This document shows, in pieces, positions 1 through 8,350 of a DNA stretch of 37,935 bases. This DNA comes from a virus. Lineage: Duplodnaviria > Heunggongvirae > Uroviricota > Caudoviricetes. The stretch's first letter is position 1. Each line of letters begins with the position of its first letter. The notes under the pieces are model-generated. The model ran no database searches, was not told where the DNA came from, and saw only the letters and a program-made list of their open reading frames with translations. The stretch is taken from positions 1 through 37,935 of IMG/VR virus record IMGVR_UViG_2909298281_000006, one strand, 5' to 3'. The position numbers and the translations under genes were made by a program.

Positions 1-1005
1 TTAATCCCCCGTGGACACTGCGTGGACACTCACGCCACCTTTCAGCGGATTAAGGGCCACCGCATCCTGCAGGTAATCCGGTGCAAAATGTGCATATGCC
101 ATTGTTTGCTGAATGGTTGCGTGACCAAGAATCTTCTGAAGTGCAATAATGTTTCCTCCGTTCATCACAAAATGGCTGGCGAACGTATGCCGCAGCACAT
201 GTGCAGCCTGGCCTTTTGGTAAATCGGGCTTAACTCTTTTCAGCGCCAAGCAGAATTCCCGGTACTTCACCTCAAACAAGCCGCCTGTTTCTCTGGTTTT
301 GATCGCCTCACAAACTGCCTGCGAAATTGGCACTGTTCTTTTTCGGCCATTTTTGGTTTCAAGAAACGTTACACGGTTATGAACTATCTGTTCACCACGA
401 AGCTTACAAGCTTCACTCCAGCGCGCCCCTGTGCTTAAACACAAAAGCGCAACACGCCAGTAGTCGCCCTCCAGTGTATCGAGCAATAGCGCTACTTCCT
501 TCTGGGACAGGAAAGCCATTTCTCGTGGAGATACATAAAGAATAGAAATCCCCCTTACCGGATGCTCTGCATCCCAGAGGCCTATTTTCTTCAGTACGGT
601 AAACATTCCGGATAACCGATTCATGTATCTGTTAGCAGATGACGGTTTCAATCCATCAGCTATCTTTTGAGAACGCCACGCGATAATTTTCAGCTTATCA
701 AGATCCACAGCCTGCATATCAGCGCCAAGCTCATTGATTATGTTGCGCAGTTGTTTTCGATCTTCTTCAGCCTTACGCCTGTGCTGGCCGTGATACATCC
801 ACCACAACTCAAGCAAATCATTTAGCGTTCGACGATCACGGTAGCCCTGTATATATTCCCGCTTTTCAGCGTTCGCCATGATGTAGCGTTCAGTGGCCAC
901 CGCTACCGATTTTTTGTCAAATACCTTACGCACGCGCTTTCCCTTGCGTCCGTTCGGCCTGATGTCCAGCAAATAACGACCATCTTCGAGCTTCTTAATC
1001 GACAT
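1..1005 (-). CDS. int: P2-family tyrosine integrase
   Basis: ORF track 1..1020 starts at TTG; the ATG at 1005-1003 gives MSIKKLEDGRYLLDIRPNGRKGKR, closely matching the remembered P2 Int N-terminus. C-terminal LCLSTGARW...HVLRHTFASHF...LGH...YAHF catalytic region. Window begins exactly at the stop codon. Confidence 0.9.
   Translation of the reverse strand: MSIKKLEDGRYLLDIRPNGRKGKRVRKVFDKKSVAVATERYIMANAEKREYIQGYRDRRTLNDLLELWWMYHGQHRRKAEEDRKQLRNIINELGADMQAVDLDKLKIIAWRSQKIADGLKPSSANRYMNRLSGMFTVLKKIGLWDAEHPVRGISILYVSPREMAFLSQKEVALLLDTLEGDYWRVALLCLSTGARWSEACKLRGEQIVHNRVTFLETKNGRKRTVPISQAVCEAIKTRETGGLFEVKYREFCLALKRVKPDLPKGQAAHVLRHTFASHFVMNGGNIIALQKILGHATIQQTMAYAHFAPDYLQDAVALNPLKGGVSVHAVSTGD
11..28. 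repeat. Left copy of an 18-bp direct repeat GTGGACACTGCGTGGACA (partner at 36755..36772), inside the int 3-prime end
   Basis: Read directly: 11..28 GTGGACACTGCGTGGACA versus 36755..36772 GTGGTCACTGCGTGGACA, 17 of 18 identical. Confidence 0.5.
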
Positions 1006-1101
1006 CGCGAAGCCCTCCAATGAACCGCTCTACAATTTCTCCAGCCTCTTTCCAGCAATAATCAGACCAGACAAAAAGCAGGTCTAACCAGTTTTCTGGC
1101 C

Positions 1102-1422
1102 TCAGCGGGGTGATTTTTGGTTTGTTTCGGTTGAAACCTGATCGCCCTCCGAATCGAAGAAGCCATCAAGAGAGAGAGGCGGAGCAATCTGCCCCGTCGC
1201 AGCATTAGTTTGATTAAACATCACCCAATCCGAATACTTCCGAAAACGAGGATGATTCAAAATCAGGAGTAACGTTTCTCCAGGTATCATTCTTCCCAAT
1301 ATTTCATAATTTTTGAGATTGTTTTGAGATACCCCTGTCACCTCTTCCATCTCTCTACGTGACAATCCCTCTGCCTCTCGAATCAGGCGAAGTTTTTCTC
1401 CAAGGCTTGATTTATGGATCAT
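1102..1422 (-). CDS. C: Immunity repressor, P2 C-like (HTH)
   Basis: Track ORF starts at GTG 1440; ATG at 1422 gives MIHKSSLGEKLRLIREAEGLSRREMEEVTGVSQNNL (XRE-type HTH) with TGQIAP and KYSDWVMFNQ resembling remembered P2 C. Divergent from cox. Confidence 0.8.
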   Translation of the reverse strand: MIHKSSLGEKLRLIREAEGLSRREMEEVTGVSQNNLKNYEILGRMIPGETLLLILNHPRFRKYSDWVMFNQTNAATGQIAPPLSLDGFFDSEGDQVSTETNQKSPR

Positions 1423-1469
1423 ATGTGATCTAAACTCCACGCTATTGGGTTACATGTAATACAAAACAT

Positions 1470-1520
1470 TTAAATAGCCAAAATAAGCCTATATAAGCCA
1501 TTTTGGGCCATTTGGACGAA
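1470..1520. promoter_or_regulatory. Putative C/cox switch operator-promoter region
   Basis: In the 97-bp gap between divergent C and cox: inverted pair GCCAAAAT (1477-1484) / ATTTTGGG (1500-1507) flanking TATATAA, plus direct repeat GCCATTTTGG / GCCATTTGG (1498-1516). Confidence 0.4.
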
Positions 1521-1537
1521 TTAAGGAGATTACCACA

Positions 1538-1825
1538 ATGAGCGAATCAGAGCTTGAGGGGTTCATTCAGGTAGCACCATATCCACTTGAAGCGGTGCCA
1601 TATCAACTATTTGCCAAGATGATTGGTCGCAAAGAATCAACCGTCAGAACCATGATTGACGCTGCAAAGTTACCAACGATTGACTTTGTGAAACCAGGTT
1701 CAGTGAAGACGCGAGCATCAGAAAACTGGGTATATCTGCCAGCATTTAACGCAGGTATGCGCAAAGCATTTTTTGATCAGCCGAAAGAGCGCCGCGACGC
1801 ATGGTTGCTCTGGCTGGGTCTTTGA
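1538..1825 (+). CDS. cox: Cox excisionase / early regulator
   Basis: 95 aa; AVPYQLFAKMIGRKESTVRTMIDAAKLP...NWVYLPAFNAG...RRDAWLLWLGL matches the remembered P2 Cox pattern. AAGGAGA SD before the ATG. Confidence 0.85.
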   Translation: MSESELEGFIQVAPYPLEAVPYQLFAKMIGRKESTVRTMIDAAKLPTIDFVKPGSVKTRASENWVYLPAFNAGMRKAFFDQPKERRDAWLLWLGL

Positions 1826-1836
1826 CGAGGATTTTT

Positions 1837-2178
1837 ATGAGACAACAACGTAATTCACGCTTTCGTAATGGTGCTGAACGCCACGCTAACCGTTTCGCTA
1901 CCAGTGCATCACGCAGCAACATCCGCTACAGCCTGAGCGATACACACGCAACGCCGGATGGCTACCCTGTAAAACAAATCGGCGAGCACACCTGGCTGAT
2001 TGAGAAAGCTGGAATTGTGGTCCACAAATGCCCACGCAATCCGTTTACCGGAAACCGCATTTTTGCATTGAGCTGCGGCGACAATCAGTTTGGACAGGAT
2101 TTCACATTATACGAAGCTCTTCGCACGGTTGATCGTCTGCTTCGTGGGCAAAGTTTTATTAAACAGGCTGACTTATAA
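1837..2178 (+). CDS. Hypothetical early protein
   Basis: ATG at 1837 preceded by GAGGA; 113 aa; position equivalent to the P2 small early ORFs. Confidence 0.5.
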   Translation: MRQQRNSRFRNGAERHANRFATSASRSNIRYSLSDTHATPDGYPVKQIGEHTWLIEKAGIVVHKCPRNPFTGNRIFALSCGDNQFGQDFTLYEALRTVDRLLRGQSFIKQADL

Positions 2179-2188
2179 CAGGTGCTTT

Positions 2189-2467
2189 ATGACCAAAGAG
2201 TATGCACAAGGTGTATTTATCCGTTTTATTGATTTTCGCGGTGAACTGTTATTACGTGCATCAGCTATTGATGCTGTAGCCCAGGCAGAAAAAAAAGCAG
2301 TTACTCACGTTTATGCGAACAACGCACAACTGATCGTGGAGCTTCCGTACCAGGCTGTACGTGAAGCCATTAGCGAAGCTGAAAAGGCACGTCAGATTAA
2401 TAGCGATGAACCATACATCGAAATTATCTGCATGGATTCAAAAGCAGAAATCCAGAAGGCAGATTAA
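2189..2467 (+). CDS. Hypothetical early protein
   Basis: ATG at 2189 (internal Met of track ORF 2090..2467) preceded by AGGTG; 92 aa. Confidence 0.5.
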   Translation: MTKEYAQGVFIRFIDFRGELLLRASAIDAVAQAEKKAVTHVYANNAQLIVELPYQAVREAISEAEKARQINSDEPYIEIICMDSKAEIQKAD

Positions 2468-2478
2468 AGGGCGTTGCA

Positions 2479-2583
2479 ATGGACCAGGAATACAAAACTC
2501 TCGTTAATAAAGCACTTGAGCGCTTTCATTTTCGCTTAAACACGTCAGGCCCCACGCTGAACACGCAGCCCATGATTCATTAG
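2479..2583 (+). CDS. Small early ORF (34 aa), possibly the 5-prime part of a frame-disrupted gene continuing to 2720
   Basis: ATG 2479, stop TAG 2581-2583; a start-less ORF in the -1 frame continues from about 2520 to stop TGA 2718-2720. Confidence 0.3.
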   Translation: MDQEYKTLVNKALERFHFRLNTSGPTLNTQPMIH

Positions 2584-2716
2584 CGAGGGCTATCAGAAGT
2601 CTTTATGACGTAGCTTTTTACGCTGACGATTTGGATGCGATTAACGAGCTTTCCGAACTCGTCTGCGCCGCAGAATGCGGAGAGCGCATTGAACCGTATA
2701 AGCTGGGGAATATCGC

Positions 2717-2830
2717 ATGAGTATATTTATCTCATGGCTTGTTCTGATTATTTCGGTGGCCTGCGCCATTGGGATTATGCGAATTATTCATTCAGTAAAA
2801 AAGATTGAACGCTTTTTCACTGACGAATAA
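2717..2830 (+). CDS. Small hydrophobic protein (37 aa)
   Basis: ATG 2717 overlaps the preceding TGA (ATGA); MSIFISWLVLIISVACAIGIMRIIHSVKK has one predicted TM helix. Confidence 0.35.
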   Translation: MSIFISWLVLIISVACAIGIMRIIHSVKKIERFFTDE

Positions 2831-2922
2831 CAGCTTAAATAAAACACCAGATTAAACCCGAAAACCTGAAAACCATCCGCATTCGCGGAGGTATTCGCAC
2901 ACATAAATAACGGAGATATAAA

Positions 2923-3333
2923 ATGAACGCAAAAGAAGAAGGTATTATCAGAGCACTGAAAGAAATTTCAAAGACAGAAAACGAAGTAGCGAAAAAAGCC
3001 GTGGCAAATGCACATATGGACGTCGCAATCCACACACTGATAGTCGCAAGAGTCACGGCAGAAGCAGCCGAAATTATCGCAAAACAGGATGCTGAACTGG
3101 TGGTTCTCAGAACACAACCAGTCACCGGACTGGATTTATCTAACACCGGACGCCTTATTTACACAATTGGCTCGGAGCTACAGCGATACACCATTATCGC
3201 CGGATTACAGGATAAATACCTGATCACTCCGCACCCCATAAGGGAGTCAGAGATTCTGACAAATCTCCGCCTGATAGAGCGCTCTCAAGTTGCATTCATT
3301 GATGACGCCCAACACACCGTATTTAACGCATAG
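2923..3333 (+). CDS. Hypothetical early protein (136 aa)
   Basis: ORF with GGAGA SD 8 nt upstream of the ATG. Confidence 0.55.
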   Translation: MNAKEEGIIRALKEISKTENEVAKKAVANAHMDVAIHTLIVARVTAEAAEIIAKQDAELVVLRTQPVTGLDLSNTGRLIYTIGSELQRYTIIAGLQDKYLITPHPIRESEILTNLRLIERSQVAFIDDAQHTVFNA

Positions 3334-3356
3334 GGTTACTGGACAAAGGGGGCGCA

Positions 3357-3560
3357 ATGGCAATTAAGCGTTTTTCCGTCATTCGTTTCACCTCCAGAGG
3401 GCGTGAATACGAAGTTGACGAACGGCTGATTAAAACGCTCGACCGTCACCGTTCGCAACCTGACGCGCATCACATTTATCTCACTGACGACACTTACTTC
3501 TGCGCCACCAACGTGGTGCAGGTGAATCTTATCAGACTGGTACAGGAGCCACGCAGATGA
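3357..3560 (+). CDS. Hypothetical protein (67 aa)
   Basis: ORF with AGGGGG SD; stop overlaps the next start. Confidence 0.5.
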   Translation: MAIKRFSVIRFTSRGREYEVDERLIKTLDRHRSQPDAHHIYLTDDTYFCATNVVQVNLIRLVQEPRR

Positions 3561-3823
3561 CCATTCTGGACTACATCGCTACTCATCCGGGGTGTAGCGG
3601 CGGAGAGATCGCCGCAGCACTGAATACTCCAACCACAGCCATTAATGCTGAGTTACGCCAACTTTGGCGCGGCGGCTTAGTCATCAGAACAAACCGCAGC
3701 ACAGGTGGTCGCGCTCGCAAAACAGGAGGCCAGGCTTCTTACCACGTAAACCCGATGCCGTTCGGGTGTAGCAATCCACTTACTCACATGTTTAACCAGC
3801 TACTGAAGGAAGCCAGAGCATGA
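3557..3823 (+). CDS. Putative winged-helix DNA-binding protein (88 aa)
   Basis: ILDYIATHPGCSGGEIAAALNTPTTAINAELRQL resembles wHTH regulators; overlapping stop/start coupling with neighbours. Confidence 0.5.
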   Translation: MTILDYIATHPGCSGGEIAAALNTPTTAINAELRQLWRGGLVIRTNRSTGGRARKTGGQASYHVNPMPFGCSNPLTHMFNQLLKEARA

Positions 3824-4119
3824 GCACCATCAACCACCAGAAGCTACGCGAACTGGCATTTGCCCTGCAACGAATGGCAACGCCTCAAAAATTACTGGCA
3901 TTTCGCGCAATGCTCTCGCCGTCTGCTGTGCTGGCACTGCTGAATGAGCTGGAGCACGCCAGAACCACAGCTCCTGCCATTCGCCTGACACTCCATCATG
4001 AAATCGCTGATTTCTGCGCACCACTGGGTTCGCCCGGTGAACCAGAAACGCCGGAAGCAATGCAACGAGAGCTACTGCAACGCATCGACAAGGTTTTTGA
4101 TTTTTTCCTTAACCAGTAA
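3820..4119 (+). CDS. Hypothetical protein (99 aa)
   Basis: ORF translationally coupled to the upstream gene. Confidence 0.5.
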   Translation: MSTINHQKLRELAFALQRMATPQKLLAFRAMLSPSAVLALLNELEHARTTAPAIRLTLHHEIADFCAPLGSPGEPETPEAMQRELLQRIDKVFDFFLNQ

Positions 4120-4130
4120 AGGACCGCGAT

Positions 4131-4223
4131 ATGAACAAAAAGACCTGGTTTCGCGCATACATGTGGGCGCTGGTATGCGTCCTCATCTCTATCATTCTGT
4201 ATGCAGGACTGCTCCCCGAATGA
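4131..4223 (+). CDS. Tiny hydrophobic protein (30 aa)
   Basis: ATG 4131 after AAGGA; MNKKTWFRAYMWALVCVLISIILYAGLLPE, single TM. Confidence 0.3.
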   Translation: MNKKTWFRAYMWALVCVLISIILYAGLLPE

Positions 4224-4333
4224 TCTCATCAGACAGCTCCTTCCTGGTATTGCTGGGCATTTTCATTGCCATGCTGTACCCGGCAGGCGTTGTTCGCCTT
4301 TTCAGTAAGTACATCAAGGAAATCAAACAATGA
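4220..4333 (+). CDS. Tiny hydrophobic protein (37 aa)
   Basis: ATG 4220 overlaps the upstream stop; MISSDSSFLVLLGIFIAMLYPAGVVRLF; stop overlaps the SPFH gene start (ATGA). Confidence 0.35.
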   Translation: MISSDSSFLVLLGIFIAMLYPAGVVRLFSKYIKEIKQ

Positions 4334-5160
4334 AGAAATTCAAACTCTTTCAGATTCTCCCGCTTTTTGCCGCCATCCTGCTGGTTGGCTGCGATCGCGT
4401 TGAGCCAGGTAATGTGGGCATTAAAGTCAACAAACTGGGCGACGATAAAGGCGTCGGTGAAGTGGTTGGCGTTGGCCGCTACTGGACAGGCTGGAATACC
4501 GAGGTTTACATCTTCCCGACCTTCAAACAAATGAAGACCTACGATGAGCCGTTCAGCTTTCAGATGAGTGACGGCACAACCATCGGCTATCACATCGGTG
4601 TGGCCTACAAGGTTGATCCATCCAAAGTTACCACAGTGTTTCAGACCTACCGCAAAGGCGTGGATGACATTACCGACACTGACCTGCGCCAGAAGATCGC
4701 CGATGCACTCAACCGACTGGCCAGCAAAATGACCACCGATAAGTTTATCGACGGTGGCAAGTCTGAACTGCTGGATTCAGCACTTAAAGATATTCAGGAA
4801 GAGATGACCCCCATCGGTATTCAGGTCATGAGCCTCTCCTATGTCGGTAAACCGGAATATCCGCCAACCGTTATCGACAGCATTAATGCCAAAGTCACGG
4901 CAAACCAGAAAACCCTGCAACGCGAGCAGGAAGTCAAGCAACGCGAAGCAGAAGCCAACATGTTGCGCGCAGAAGCTGCCGGACAGGCTGATGCCATTCG
5001 CACAAAAGCCCAGGCTGAAGCCGACGCCATTCGTTTACGCGGTGAAGCTCTGCGCCAGAATCCCGGCGTTATGGAGCTGGAAGCGATTAACAAATGGAAC
5101 GGCACGCTGCCGCAATACATGACCAGCAATACCGCTGTTCCGTTCGTTCCCGTGAAGTAA
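4330..5160 (+). CDS. SPFH/band-7 (HflC/stomatin-like) lipoprotein
   Basis: 276 aa; signal peptide with lipobox LLVGC; SPFH-like core (GNVGIKVNKLG...YIFPTF...VAYKVDP) and Ala/Glu-rich C-terminal coiled-coil tail (REAEANMLRAEAAGQADAIRTKAQAEADAIRLRGEA). Confidence 0.75.
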   Translation: MKKFKLFQILPLFAAILLVGCDRVEPGNVGIKVNKLGDDKGVGEVVGVGRYWTGWNTEVYIFPTFKQMKTYDEPFSFQMSDGTTIGYHIGVAYKVDPSKVTTVFQTYRKGVDDITDTDLRQKIADALNRLASKMTTDKFIDGGKSELLDSALKDIQEEMTPIGIQVMSLSYVGKPEYPPTVIDSINAKVTANQKTLQREQEVKQREAEANMLRAEAAGQADAIRTKAQAEADAIRLRGEALRQNPGVMELEAINKWNGTLPQYMTSNTAVPFVPVK

Positions 5161-5166
5161 TTAAAT

Positions 5167-5210
5167 CCGGCCAGTGAAAACCGCTGGCCGGAGCAGTATC
5201 AGGATTTTTT
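5167..5210 (+). terminator. Putative rho-independent terminator after the SPFH gene
   Basis: Hairpin CCGGCCAG-(9 nt)-CTGGCCGG at 5167-5191, T-run at 5205-5210. Confidence 0.45.
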
Positions 5211-5327
5211 AGTATGCCGTTCTCACAAAAAAACCGCTTGCCATGCCGCAATCAGTCAGGTTACATTTCCGCTGCACCTCACAAAACGGGTGCCGGGTTT
5301 CGCAGCCTGCTGACTACACAAGCGCAC

Positions 5328-5348
5328 AACCGCGCCAGCGGTTTTTTT
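5328..5348 (+). terminator. Putative rho-independent terminator
   Basis: AACCGC-GCCA-GCGGTT hairpin immediately followed by TTTTT. Confidence 0.5.
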
Positions 5349-5527
5349 GTGCGTACTGTATTGCCACGTTTTTTTCGCATCAGAATTATGGCGGGGCGTA
5401 CGGGGCCGACTTCGGTCGGGCCGGGTTCTTGTGTAGCCGGTACTGCGAACCTCGTACGTCTCGCCACCCACAGTTTCGCAGCTCTGGATGGTGAGTTTTC
5501 ACAACTTACTACACAAGGGGCCACACC

Positions 5528-5758
5528 ATGGCAAACCGCAAACCACACCGCGCTATCGCGGAGCGTCGTCACATCCAGACTGAAATCAACCGCAGGCTTT
5601 CCCGCGCATCACGCGTCGCGCAAATCATGCACATCAATATGTTGCATGAGCGCAGCCACGCACTATCAAACATTTATTCCGCCTCTGTTTTCAGCTATCT
5701 GGCGGATGATCTGCACGAGCTTCAACAGCTCATCCAGCAGCAAAACAAACTCCATTAA
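5528..5758 (+). CDS. Hypothetical protein (76 aa)
   Basis: ORF with AAGGGG about 9 nt upstream; no recognisable motif. Confidence 0.4.
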   Translation: MANRKPHRAIAERRHIQTEINRRLSRASRVAQIMHINMLHERSHALSNIYSASVFSYLADDLHELQQLIQQQNKLH

Positions 5759-5830
5759 TTCCTGTTCCGGGCCTTTCCTGCACCTTGCGGCGGGAGGCCT
5801 TCGCACATCTGTAACAAGAGGATTGCCGCA

Positions 5831-6196
5831 ATGATTCTCGCCAACGACTTTCTTGAATACCTGCTCAACACAGAGCGTGATCTTGCCGCTCGCGTGCGTG
5901 ATCGTTATGACATGTACCTGAAATCCCTGCCTGTACCACAGCTCGCTGACGGAAAGATTGTTATTGATGGTCGCTACATGATTGACAGCCACGAGGGAAA
6001 TTACAGGCTTTACCGCATTGAAGGTGGCACCCCGTCCGTTATTGGCATTTACCAGCGCCCATCCTCTGCAATCGTCGATGTGATTGCCGACAGCATCCGC
6101 ATCACACATCGCCATGCCGACACAGAAGACACCGTGCTGGAAATTCAGCGGCTGGCTACAGTCTGCCGCGACACCCTGAATGGCATGACGAAGTAA
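5831..6196 (+). CDS. Hypothetical protein (121 aa) immediately upstream of A
   Basis: AGAGGA SD; sits in the operon position just before replication gene A. Confidence 0.55.
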   Translation: MILANDFLEYLLNTERDLAARVRDRYDMYLKSLPVPQLADGKIVIDGRYMIDSHEGNYRLYRIEGGTPSVIGIYQRPSSAIVDVIADSIRITHRHADTEDTVLEIQRLATVCRDTLNGMTK

Positions 6197-6202
6197 ATCA
6201 CT

Positions 6203-8350
6203 ATGACGGCAGAGTACATCAGGGACTGGCAACAACCGCGCCACGCAGTGGGGCGTGAAGGAACGGGGATCCCCGCTCCTGAATCCGCGCTTTCCTCCTG
6301 GCTGGATGCCTACCGGGCAGAGAACGAGCGCCGCCAGGAAATGGCTGATGCGGCGTTCTCCGCCACGCCGCTGGGCAACCTGATTAATAAAAGCCTGGAC
6401 GCACAGGAAAAACAGGACAAAACCATCACACTGGCAGGAGACGCCAGAAAGCAGGCACGCGGCGCGGTGGATGAAGCCATGGCCTCGCTGCGCCTGCTGC
6501 CGTCCTATCTGCGCGATCCGCTTATTCGCCACCTCTCCTTCCTGCGCAAAAAACAGGAATCTGACCGCCAGAAAGGTAAAAAGAACCAGCAGGCTGAACG
6601 CTACGCGCGCGGGACCCTGCGCAAAATATTCGAACGTCTGGACCGCACCGACCACCGCTGGCTGACACCGGGTTATCGCGCCCTTGCCGGACGCGAACGC
6701 CTGGATGATTTGCTTTACCTCCCGCAGCTCAACAAGCACCAGATACAGACGCTGGCCACCATGACGGCGGCGATGTTCAGCAGCACCTTCGAAAAACTCT
6801 GCGATGGCTTTGGCGCAACCGATGGCGAGCTGACCATGGATGTAACCCTGAAGGCGTATCAGATGCTGGCCCGCATGGCGTTACACCTGCACGCCATGCC
6901 TCCACATTATGACGCACTGACAACAGACAAAGACCGGAGGAACGAACCGGACACGGAGCTGCTGCCGGGCGCAATCCTTCGCCTGACCTGTGCGGAATGG
7001 TGGAAACGCAAACTGTGGCTGTTACGTTGCGAGTGGAGAGAAGAACAACTCCGCGCCGCCTGTCTGGTTTCCAGAAAAACATCGCCCTATCTGAGCCAGG
7101 ACGCGTTAAGCGAGTTTCGCGCACAGCGCGAGAAGACACGCGATTTCCTGAAAAGTTTCATGCTGGAAAACGAAGACGGGTTCACGATTGATCTCGAGAC
7201 AGTGTATTACGCGGGAGTAAGTAACCCGGTTCACCGTAAGGCAGAAATGATGGCCACCATGAAGGGACTGGAACTTCTGGCCGAAGCCCGTGGCGACAGA
7301 GCGGTGTTTCTGACTGTCACCTGCCCGTCAAAATACCACGCCACAACAGAGAACGGTCATCCGAATCCCAAATGGAACGGGGCCACCATGCGCGACTCCA
7401 GCGATTACCTGGTTAACACGTTTTTTGCGGCTGTCCGCAAAAAACTGAACCGCGACGGTCTGCGCTGGTATGGCATCCGCACGGTGGAGCCTCACCATGA
7501 CGGCACCGTGCACTGGCATATGATGGTCTTTGCTCATCCGGAAGAAATCGACACCATTGTGTCCCACACCCGCGATATTGCCATTCAGGAAGACCGCCAC
7601 GAGCTGGGCGATGACATAACTCCGCGCTTTAAGGCGGAGTACGTCGACGGCTCAAAAGGCACACCAACCAGCTACATCGCCACCTACATCGGAAAGAACC
7701 TGGACAGCCACGCCGTGGATGGCATCGACCCGAAAACGGGCAAGCCACGCGTTGACCACGAAACCGGAAAATCAATGGCCGAGAGCGTGGAGCGCGCCAT
7801 CGGCTGGGCGCGCCTTCACCGGGTCCGCCAGTTCCAGTTCTTTGGCATCCCCTCCCGTCAGGTGTGGCGTGAACTGCGCCGCCTTGCCAGCCAGATGGCA
7901 CGCAACCCGGAAGGCCCGCAACGACTGAAGGACGACGCAATGGATGCGGTACTCGCTGCCGCTGATGCCGGGTGTTTTGCCTCCTACATTGAAAAACAGG
8001 GTGGCGTACTTGTTCCACGCAAAGACTACCTGATTCGCACCGCCTACGACCTCGCCGATGAGCTGAACGATTACGGCGAACAGAGCGTACAGATTTACGG
8101 GATCTGGTCACCACTCATCGGGGAATCCTCCCGTGTGTGCACGCATCCGGATAACTGGAAGCTGGTAAGACGTAAACCGGAAGCGGAAGACAGCGCCCGC
8201 GAAAATGGTTTTGACCTTCAGGGCGGCCCTGCCGCCCTTGGACTCGTGGCAATAACTGTCCCCGTGTACAGGAAACGGACAACAACGGGACAGAACAGCC
8301 GGAGGAACGGCCAGCACCGTGGCCGCAGCTTCCTGAAGGCGTTGACGTGA
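6203..8350 (+). CDS. A: Replication initiator A (rolling-circle initiator/endonuclease)
   Basis: 715 aa, matching the size and position of P2 gpA; contains a Tyr-containing YIATYIGKNLD motif consistent with rolling-circle initiator active sites. Confidence 0.85.
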   Translation: MTAEYIRDWQQPRHAVGREGTGIPAPESALSSWLDAYRAENERRQEMADAAFSATPLGNLINKSLDAQEKQDKTITLAGDARKQARGAVDEAMASLRLLPSYLRDPLIRHLSFLRKKQESDRQKGKKNQQAERYARGTLRKIFERLDRTDHRWLTPGYRALAGRERLDDLLYLPQLNKHQIQTLATMTAAMFSSTFEKLCDGFGATDGELTMDVTLKAYQMLARMALHLHAMPPHYDALTTDKDRRNEPDTELLPGAILRLTCAEWWKRKLWLLRCEWREEQLRAACLVSRKTSPYLSQDALSEFRAQREKTRDFLKSFMLENEDGFTIDLETVYYAGVSNPVHRKAEMMATMKGLELLAEARGDRAVFLTVTCPSKYHATTENGHPNPKWNGATMRDSSDYLVNTFFAAVRKKLNRDGLRWYGIRTVEPHHDGTVHWHMMVFAHPEEIDTIVSHTRDIAIQEDRHELGDDITPRFKAEYVDGSKGTPTSYIATYIGKNLDSHAVDGIDPKTGKPRVDHETGKSMAESVERAIGWARLHRVRQFQFFGIPSRQVWRELRRLASQMARNPEGPQRLKDDAMDAVLAAADAGCFASYIEKQGGVLVPRKDYLIRTAYDLADELNDYGEQSVQIYGIWSPLIGESSRVCTHPDNWKLVRRKPEAEDSARENGFDLQGGPAALGLVAITVPVYRKRTTTGQNSRRNGQHRGRSFLKALT

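Noticed and set aside
5395-5480. Possible tRNA-like element in the GC-rich hairpin region
   Set aside because: No acceptor-stem complementarity and no T-loop consensus when checked by eye; retained only as an unexplained hairpin in the findings.
5214-5834. 206-aa plus-strand ORF
   Set aside because: Runs through two terminator hairpins and overlaps the better-supported 76-aa ORF in another frame; no RBS.
5666-6739. 357-aa minus-strand ORF
   Set aside because: Lies antisense across the well-supported 121-aa ORF and the start of replication gene A; no motif or RBS; typical GC-rich antisense artefact.
7629-8114. 161-aa minus-strand Arg-rich ORF
   Set aside because: Antisense inside A; composition is what you get from translating GC-rich DNA in the wrong frame.
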